DNA of 64,000 nucleotides, taken from assembly GCF_035084215.1 (NCBI RefSeq), contig NC_090358.1, forward strand, positions 14,322,001 through 14,386,000, given 5' to 3'. Shown piece by piece: positions 56,225-64,000 of this stretch. Origin of the DNA: Heptranchias perlo (lineage: Eukaryota). The position numbers and the translations under genes are program-made. The notes under the pieces were generated by a model. It had not been told where the DNA came from and ran no database searches. It worked only from the letters and a program-made list of their open reading frames with translations. The number at the start of each line of letters is the position of its first letter. The stretch's first letter is position 1.

Positions 56225-56515
56225 CATTCTCAGTATACTAATGGATTACTTTTGAAGTACAGTCACTGTTGCTATGCAGGCAAATGTGCACAGAATGGTT
56301 CCACAGACAGCAAATAAATGAATGACTGGATAATCTGTTTCTGGTGATTTTGGTGGAGGGAAGAATGTTGATCAGGGCACCAGGAAAATTCCCTGCTTCT
56401 CTTCAAATAATGTCATGGTATTTTTTTATATCCACCTGGGCGGGCAGATGGGGCCTCTGTTTATAATGCCATCCAAAAGACCACACCTCCGACAATGCAA
56501 CACCTCCTTTGAAGC
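56225..56515 (-). mobile_element. Degraded DeuSINE
   Basis: acttttgaagtacagtcactgtt and ccacacctccgacaatgca match the 48770 copy. Confidence 0.7.
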
Positions 56516-57710
56516 CCTGTTGAGGTTTCAGCTGTAAATTGTGCTTTAAGCTGTATACTGCACTTTAATTATGCATGCGAGGTAATCAAAGGGCTGTAAG
56601 GTTGGAGGTGTACTGCCCTCAACAAGAGTGTATGTGGGCCTCAACCTCCCCAATGGGTTGACGGGTGCCAGAGTTTCTTGTGAGGATGGACAGGTGGTTC
56701 TGAGATGGTCCAGAGATGAACCAGAGGTGGCACTTGGGACTGCTTGACCTAGGCAAAATGAGATGTCCTCTCTTTAACTCCAGATAAACTGGTGGGCTGG
56801 AAGGCACAGTTGTAGCAATAACCACCAGGATCACAGCCCGAGCAATTTCAGGGTCTCTGTTCTTAAGTGCAAAATGCAAATAAATGATTTCAACCAATTA
56901 AAAGATGTTATATTGAGGCTCATTAAAATGCATAATGTTCAGTTCACTTGTGATTTGTCATTTTTTTAATATATGTAAACCTTGGGGATTGTTTGCTGCT
57001 TTGCACAGTTTTTATTCTCGTCTGTGGTCTGCCTGTTATTTTTTATTCTGCGAAGAATACATGCAGATTCTGAGTGCAGACTGCCACCAATAAGCATGAA
57101 GGTCCATCGGGCATCAAGTATTTTTAGTTCATAAGAAATAGGAGCAGGAGAATACGGCCCCTCTAACATGCTCTGCCATTCAATCAGGTCATGGTCGATC
57201 TTCGACCTCAACTCCACTTTCCCGCCCAATCCCCATATCCCTTGATTTCCCCAGAGTCCAAAAATCTATCTATCTATCTCAGCCTTGAATATATTCAATG
57301 ACTCAGCATCCACAGCCCTCTGGGGTAGAGAATTCCAAAGATTCACAACCCTCTGCATGAAGAAATTCCTCCTCATCTCAGTCTTAAATGGCCGACCCCA
57401 TATCCTGTGATTATGCCCCCTAGTTCTAGACTCCCTAACCAGGGGAAACAATCTCTCAGCATTTACCCTGTCAAGCCCCCTCATAATCTTATATGTTTCA
57501 ATGAGATCACCTCTCATTCTTCTACACTCCAGAGAGTATAGGCCCATTCTACTCGATCTCTCCTCATAGGACAAGCCTATCATTCCAGGAATTAGTCTAG
57601 TGAACCTTTGTTGCACCACCTCTAAGGCAAGTATATCCTTCCTCAGATAAGGAGACCAAAACTATACACAGTTCTCCAGGTGTGGTGTCACCAAAGCCAT
57701 GTATAACTGT

Positions 57711-57835
57711 GATGTGGAGATGCCGGTGATGGACTGGCGAAGGAGATAATCACCTGACGAAGGAGATAATCTCCGAAAGCTTGTGATTTTCAAATAAAAC
57801 TGTTGGACTATAACCTGGTGTTGTAAGATTCCTTA
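57711..57835 (-). mobile_element. Miniature PLE insertion (tail plus inverted hammerhead segment)
   Basis: TSD catgtataactgt at 57698-57710 and 57836-57848. 57710-57737 is the reverse complement of tail 61983-62010. 57748-57838 matches 61883-61973 with a few substitutions. Confidence 0.92.
57748..57788 (+). ncRNA. Minimal hammerhead ribozyme motif in the miniature PLE insertion
   Basis: AAUCAC-CUGACGA-A-GGAG-AUAAU-CUCC-GAAA-GCUU-GUGAUU, with a fully Watson-Crick stem I. Confidence 0.88.
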
Positions 57836-58088
57836 CATGTATAACTGTAGTAAGACTTCCTTACTCTTGTACTCTAACCCCCTTGCAATAAAGGCCAACA
57901 TGCCATTTGCCTTCCTAATTGCCTGCTGTACTTACACTTTCTGTGCTTCTTGTGCGAGGACACCCAAGCCTCTCAACACCAACATTTAATAGTTTCTCAC
58001 CATTCCAAAAATATTCTGCTTTTCTATTCTTCCTACCAAAGTAAGGAATCTTACAACACCAGGTTATAGTCCAACAAATTTATTTTAA

Positions 58089-58129
58089 AATCACAAGCTT
58101 TCGGAGATTATCTCCTTCGTCAGATGATT
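58089..58129 (-). ncRNA. Minimal hammerhead ribozyme motif, mirror copy in the left arm
   Basis: Exact reverse complement of 61883-61923. Confidence 0.88.
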
Positions 58130-58365
58130 GAATGAAAAGGTTCTCAAATCGCATATCTTATACGATGTTGGGACAGCATCACACCAATCAAAAGGTGTCG
58201 TTGTTATTCAAACAGGCCAGTCACGGAGAACAGCACGTCCCAGTACACTCGATATACATTGTGTCTTTTACACAGGCAGGCAGAAAGAAACTTAAAATGG
58301 CAGAGAGAGAGAGAGAGAGAATTTTAAAAAACATATAAATTTTTTCCCCCTTTTTGCTGGTGGGG

Positions 58366-59804
58366 TTACGTGTAGCGTGACATGAACCCAAGATCCCGGT
58401 TGAGGCCGTCCTCATGGGTGCGGAACTTGGCTATCAACTTCTGCTCGACGATTTTGCGTTGTCGTGTGTCTCAAAGGCCGCCTTGGAGAACGCTTACCCG
58501 AAGATCGGTGGCTGAATGTCCTTGACTGCTAAAGTGTTCCCCGACTGGGAGGGAACCCTCCTGTTTGGCGATTGTTGCGCGGTGTCCGTTCATCCGTTGT
58601 CGCAGCGTCTGCATGGTCTCGCCAATGTACCATGCTCCGGGGCATCCTTTCCTGCAACGTATGAGGTAAACAACGTTGGCCGAGTCACAGGAGTATGAAC
58701 CATGTACCTGGTGGGTGGTGTCCTCTCGTGTGATGGTGGTATCCGTGTCGATGATCTGGCATGTCTTGCAGAGGTTGCCGTGGCAGGGTTGTGTGGTGTC
58801 GTGGACGCTGTTCTCCTGAAAACTGGGTAACTTGCTGCGAACGATGGTCTGTTTGAGGTTGGGTGGCTGTTTAAAGGCGAGCAGTGGAGGCGTGGGGATG
58901 GCCTTAGCGAGGTGTTCGTCGTCATCGATGACATGTTGAAGGCTGCGGAGAACATGGTGTAGTTTCTCCGCTCCAGGGAAGTACTGGACGACGAAGGGTA
59001 CTCTGTTGGTTGCGTCCCGTGTTTGTCTTCTGAGGAGGTCTATGCGATTCTTCGCTGTGGCCCGTCGGAACTGTCGATCGACAAGTCGAGCGTCATATCC
59101 CGTTCTTACGAGGGCGTCTTTCAGCGTCTGTAGGTGTCCATCGCGTTCCTCCTCGTCTGAGCAGATCCTGTGTATTCGTAGGGCCTGTCCATAGGGGATG
59201 GCCTCTTTGACGTGGTTGGGGTGGAAGCTGGAAAGGTGGAGCATCGTGAGGTTGTCCGTGGGCTTGCGGTAGAGTGAGGTGCTGAGGTGCCCGTCTTTGA
59301 TGGAGATTTGTGTGTCCAAGAAAGAAACCGATTCTGAGGAGTAGTCCATGGTGAGTTTGATGGTGGGATGGAACTTGTTGATGTTATCGTGTAGTCTCTT
59401 CAGTGATTCTTCGCCGTGGGTCCATAGGAAGAAAATGTCGTCGATGTATCTGGTGTATAGTGTTGGTTGGAGGTCCTGTGCAGTGAAGAAGTCGTGCTCG
59501 AACTTGTGCATGAAAATGTTGGCGTATTGGGGTGCGAATTTGGTCCCCATGGCTGTTCCGTGTGTTTGGGTAAAGAACTGGTTATTGAAGGTGAAGACAT
59601 TGTGATCCAGGATGAAGCGGATGAGTTGTAGGATGGCGTCTGGAGATTGGCTGTTGTTGGTGTTGAGTACTGAGGCTGTTGCAGCGATGCCGTCATCGTG
59701 GGGGATACTGGTGTATAGTGCCGAGACGTCCATCGTGGTGAGAAGTGTTCCTGGTTCAACTGGTCCGTGGGTGCTGAGTTTTTGTAGGAAGTCTGTAGTG
59801 TCGC
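58366..59804 (-). pseudogene. Inverted, more truncated copy of the same PLE RT-GIY-YIG ORF
   Basis: Track ORF 58471..59733(-) matches the + copy except HDNIN/HDIIN and LHLSS/LHFSS. The same premature TGA is at 58471-58473. Confidence 0.93.
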
Positions 59805-61646
59805 AACGCCATCAACGCTCTCAAGACCAACCGAAACATCGTCATCAAACCAGCGGACAAAGGAGGAGCCATTGTCATACAGAACAGAACGGACTATTGC
59901 AAAGAAGCATACCGACAACTGGACAACCAGGAACACTACAGACGGTTACCCGCAGATCCGACCAAAGAACACACCCACCAGCTCAACAAACTGATCAAGA
60001 CCTTCGATCCAGACCTTCAAAGCATCCTACGCACTCTCATCCCACGTACTCCCCGCGTGGGTGACTTCTACTGCCTCCCAAAGATACACAAAGCCAACAC
60101 ACCCGGACGTCCTATCGTATCAGGCAATGGAACCCTGTGTGAGAACCTCTCTGGATACGTCGAGGGCATCCTGAAACCCATTGTACAGGGAACCCCCAGC
60201 TTCTGTCGCGACACTACAGACTTCCTACAAAAACTCAGCACCCACGGACCAGTTGAACCAGGAACACTTCTCACCACGATGGACGTCTCGGCACTATACA
60301 CCAGTATCCCCCACGATGACGGCATCGCTGCAACAGCCTCAGTACTCAACACCAACAACAGCCAATCTCCAGACGCCATCCTACAACTCATCCGCTTCAT
60401 CCTGGATCACAATGTCTTCACCTTCAATAACCAGTTCTTTACCCAAACACACGGAACAGCCATGGGGACCAAATTCGCACCCCAATACGCCAACATTTTC
60501 ATGCACAAGTTCGAGCACGACTTCTTCACTGCACAGGACCTCCAACCAACACTATACACCAGATACATCGACGACATTTTCTTCCTATGGACCCACGGCG
60601 AAGAATCACTGAAGAGACTACACGATATCATCAACAAGTTCCATCCCACCATCAAACTCACCATGGACTACTCCTCAGAATCGGTTTCTTTCTTGGACAC
60701 ACAAATCTCCATCAAAGACGGGCACCTCAGCACCTCACTCTACCGCAAGCCCACGGACAACCTCACGATGCTCCACTTTTCCAGCTTCCACCCCAACCAC
60801 GTCAAAGAGGCCATCCCCTATGGACAGGCCCTACGAATACACAGGATCTGCTCAGACGAGGAGGAACGCGATGGACACCTACAGACGCTGAAAGACGCCC
60901 TCGTAAGAACGGGATATGACGCTCGACTTGTCGATCGACAGTTCCGACGGGCCACAGCGAAGAATCGCATAGACCTCCTCAGAAGACAAACACGGGACGC
61001 AACCAACAGAGTACCCTTCGTCGTCCAGTACTTCCCTGGAGCGGAGAAACTACACCATGTTCTCCGCAGCCTTCAACATGTCATCGATGACGACGAACAC
61101 CTCGCTAAGGCCATCCCCACGCCTCCACTGCTCGCCTTTAAACAGCCACCCAACCTCAAACAGACCATCGTTCGCAGCAAGTTACCCAGTTTTCAGGAGA
61201 ACAGCGTCCACGACACCACACAACCCTGCCACGGCAACCTCTGCAAGACATGCCAGATCATCGACACGGATACCACCATCACACGAGAGGACACCACCCA
61301 CCAGGTACATGGTTCATACTCCTGTGACTCGGCCAACGTTGTTTACCTCATACGTTGCAGGAAAGGATGCCCCGGAGCATGGTACATTGGCGAGACCATG
61401 CAGACGCTGCGACAACGGATGAACGGACACCGCGCAACAATCGCCAAACAGGAGGGTTCCCTCCCAGTCGGGGAACACTTTAGCAGTCAAGGACATTCAG
61501 CCACCGATCTTCGGGTAAGCGTTCTCCAAGGCGGCCTTTGAGACACACGACAACGCAAAATCGTCGAGCAGAAGTTGATAGCCAAGTTCCGCACCCATGA
61601 GGATGGCCTCAACCGGGATCTTGGGTTCATGTCACGCTACACGTAA
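59802..61646 (+). pseudogene. 5'-truncated PLE polyprotein: reverse transcriptase, Cys-rich linker and GIY-YIG endonuclease, with one premature TGA at 61539-61541
   Basis: The frame is open from RNAINALKTNRNIVIKPADKGG. Motifs: FYCLPKIHK, GRPIVS, MDVSALYTSIP, GTAMG, RYIDDIF, FLD, CHGNLCKTC, NVVYLIRC..C..YIGET, RMNGHR, VGEHF. After the TGA it continues DTRQRKIVEQKLIAKFRTHEDGLNRDLGFMSRYT*. Confidence 0.93.
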
Positions 61647-61882
61647 CCCCACCAGCAAAAAGGGGGAAAAAATTTATATGTTTTTTAAAATTCTCTCTCT
61701 CTCTCTCTCTGCCATTTTAAGTTTCTTTCTGCCTGCCTGTGTAAAAGACACAATGTATATCGAGTGTACTGGGACGTGCTGTTCTCCGTGACTGGCCTGT
61801 TTGAATAACAACGACACCTTTTGATTGGTGTGATGCTGTCCCAACATCGTATAAGATATGCGATTTGAGAACCTTTTCATTC

Positions 61883-61923
61883 AATCATCTGACGAAGGAG
61901 ATAATCTCCGAAAGCTTGTGATT
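61883..61923 (+). ncRNA. Minimal type I hammerhead ribozyme motif in the PLE terminal repeat
   Basis: AAUCAU-CUGACGA-A-GGAG-AUAAU-CUCC-GAAA-GCUU-GUGAUU. Stem I is AAUCAU/GUGAUU, the core is CUGANGA and GAAA, stem II is GGAG/CUCC, and stem III is loopless and palindromic (AAGCUU). Predicted cleavage after 61917. Confidence 0.88.
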
Positions 61924-61927
61924 TTAA

Positions 61928-61933
61928 AATAAA
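61928..61933 (+). promoter_or_regulatory. AATAAA polyadenylation-type signal of the PLE terminal repeat (also at 57793-57798)
   Basis: The hexamer is kept in both PLE variants although the flanking bases differ. It is followed by a GT-rich tggtgttgt. Usage is not shown. Confidence 0.5.
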
Positions 61934-64000
61934 TTTGTTGGACTATAACCTGGTGTTGTAAGATTCCTTACATTTGTCCACCCCAGTCCATCACCGGCAT
62001 CTCCACATCATCCTACCAAAGTGAATAACCTCACATTTCCCCACATCATACTCCATCTCCCACCTTCTTGCCCACTCACTTAACCTGTCTATATCCCTTT
62101 GCAGACCTTTGTGTCCTCCTCACAGCTTGCTCTTCTCTTGACTATTGAACCTTAACCTGGTTACCATTGCAATTGCCTTGCTTTGGGTGGCTCAGTTTGG
62201 TACCAACAAATAAGCTAGGATTTGACAAACTAATTCAGCAAGTGAAACTTGCTTTGTAGCTACAGCCCTTTACATAGCTTCAGCAGCACATTGAAATTCT
62301 GTCTCTGCACTTGAGCACTCCCACTGGGTAACCAGGATATTGTCTTGCATATTTAATTAACCCCAAACCTAGGCATCCAGGTGCAATAAATTATGCAGGG
62401 GGCCTGCTGCCCACCATTCCTGTTGACATTGTGTCTATCCTTACAAGTGAAGAGATGGTTTGTGAAATGACTCCATGTTAAAATTTCAATATAGTCAGAC
62501 TGGATAGAATTAACAAGGAGAACAGATAACAGACAGGCGTATTTAGCTCCCATCACTATAACAGGAGGATAAGTTGTAATTGTGAATTATTACTTGATTT
62601 GACAGCAATTCCTGCACAATAATAGTTTAATTCAACATGTCAGATTTGTTGATGGCACAAAAATCTTCTTTTGATTTGTACAGTTATATTTAATGTCCTT
62701 TGACAGGAAGCTCACACTGTGCAATTTAAAAGCAAAAATCAAGAGAATTTTCCTTTCATGGATATTCAAAGTAATTTTCAAGATGACTGTTGCTGAATGA
62801 GTAATGCATTGCATTTTTAACAAGTTTCATTTTTACTTGAAAATCAGAAATGGAAGATTGCCCATTTTTCTCCATAATTAATGATCCATTAACAAAATTG
62901 CAGGAACACACAGCTTTGAACAGTGCAATGTTTAAGATTTTATTAGCTGGCTGTTAAATGTGGATAAAATCCATGTTTCACCAAGAGGAATTCCACCCCA
63001 TATGTTCCATTAGGTTAAATCTAATACCTATTTTCTGATCTTTTTCTAAGTTACTTATGGATTGACTTGTATGGGCACTTAGCTGCAATAAATCGAAGTG
63101 TTTTTTTGGTTTCTATTACTAAGTAAGTTAATGTTCTTTTAAACAATTTCTATATATGGTCGTTTGCACATCTACACGCATGTGTTAGACTTTTGTTTAT
63201 TAGATTTTATAAACAAAGTGATTTTTTTTTTACGTCACTGTTGGCTTTTGGTTTACAAGGGGGCCAGATGTACATATCAGCTAATCCTCATTTTAAATAC
63301 TCTAGTATCTCTTTTGAAAAATACCTAGGTTGTAATTTAGTACTGTTCCATAACAAATAAACAAATGTTGTTCTAAATAATCTAAGCTTCTGAAGAGGGA
63401 AAAGAAAATTTCCTAATTCAGTCATCAGTTTTTTTTTCTGGTTGTACTCGAAGCAGTTTGGCTTTGAATTGAAGTTGATTTTTCCCTCCTATAATGGCAG
63501 TGCAAATGTTGCCAAATAGATATCCAGAAAGGTGTGAAATTGGATTTATTCCTCCAGATTGGCTGTTCTTGTGCCAGCTAGGACTTGTATTGGTTCTCAT
63601 AACAATAGTCCTGCCCAACTGTAACGTGGTTTAACTCATTTTTGATCTCATGGGTTTGACTCTGATAGCTGCTAGGCATGTAGATAGACTGAGATAAATT
63701 GTATTGGGTACCATTGGGCAAGTCCCAAATTTCTCATCGTTTAATGCTTTTTTTAATAACCTGCAAGTTATGGTTTAATATGCATTTTCATTTTTACCCA
63801 TGGGGAACAGAGTTCTAACCTAGTACATTATTTTGTTCAGAATTCCACAGGTAGGGGAGAAAAGGAATAACAGTGTATGCTTGCAACATTTTGTGGAGTG
63901 TGGGCTGGTTAGGTATGACTGGTTTGGTTATGATGTTTGGTTGGTTGCCTAATGGACTCCATAGTCTTTCATGAAATCAGCTAGAGAGTTCTCCCTCTTT

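Larger units (their letters stand above)
58041..62010 (+). mobile_element. Penelope-like retroelement (Neptune-type), palindromic insertion of two 5'-truncated copies plus a 39-nt tail
   Basis: Left arm 58041-59804 is the reverse complement of 60208-61971. Spacer 59805-60207 is the extra 5' part of the + copy. Tail is 61972-62010. TSD tcctaccaaa(gt) at 58031-58042 and 62011-62022; removing the insert restores a contiguous CR1. Confidence 0.96.
57130..62133 (-). mobile_element. CR1-clade LINE 3' fragment interrupted by two PLE insertions (pieces 57130-57710, 57849-58040, 62023-62133)
   Basis: Track ORF 57266..57619(-) gives the CR1 ORF2 C-terminus (VQQRFTRLIPG..LSYEER..RGDLIETYKI..RVVNLWNSLP). 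The sequence is continuous across both TSDs. Confidence 0.9.

Noticed and set aside
58516-61496. Overlapping alternative-frame and antisense ORFs of 60-178 aa in the PLE
   Set aside because: They are shadows of a C-rich coding sequence, duplicated by the palindrome, with no recognisable domains.
61539-61541. Selenocysteine recoding of the in-frame TGA, as reported for some Naiad PLEs
   Set aside because: The codon is not at an evident conserved Cys position, a CGA>TGA change explains it simply, and I saw no convincing SECIS stem-loop downstream.
58041-61971. Large palindrome as an assembly fold-back artefact, or as TIRs of a DNA transposon
   Set aside because: A single TSD, an asymmetric tail matching the independent 125-bp insertion, arm differences and an in-frame spacer argue that it is real. 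The arms encode RT and GIY-YIG, not a transposase. Long-read confirmation is still needed.
49876-64000. Next ATP8B4-like exon (expected CE.PNN.L.KF.G ... LRGC.LRNT)
   Set aside because: Not found by eye in the window; it probably lies beyond 64000, so this is not evidence of gene truncation.

Overview
Vertebrate genomic DNA, most likely a shark or ray judging by its repeats (HE1/V-SINE-like, SacSINE1/DeuSINE-like, CR1, L2, Harbinger-like). Seven in-phase + strand exons (23856-49875) encode the N-terminal part of a P4-ATPase phospholipid flippase, best matching ATP8B4. The start exon is uncertain and the rest of the gene should lie beyond the window. Most short ORFs in the track are noise or transposon remnants. 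The outstanding structure is intronic, at 57.7-62.0 kb, where one old CR1 LINE has received two Penelope-like (Neptune-type) insertions. One is a young 3.97-kb palindrome: 1764-bp arms with 3 differences seen, a 403-bp spacer, a 39-nt tail and a 10-12-bp target-site duplication (TSD). The other is a 125-bp miniature with the same two end points. Together they carry three minimal hammerhead ribozyme motifs, and both arms of the large element share a nonsense codon in the GIY-YIG endonuclease. Repeat family names come from recalled consensus sequences, not from a database search, and the boundaries of old repeats are approximate.
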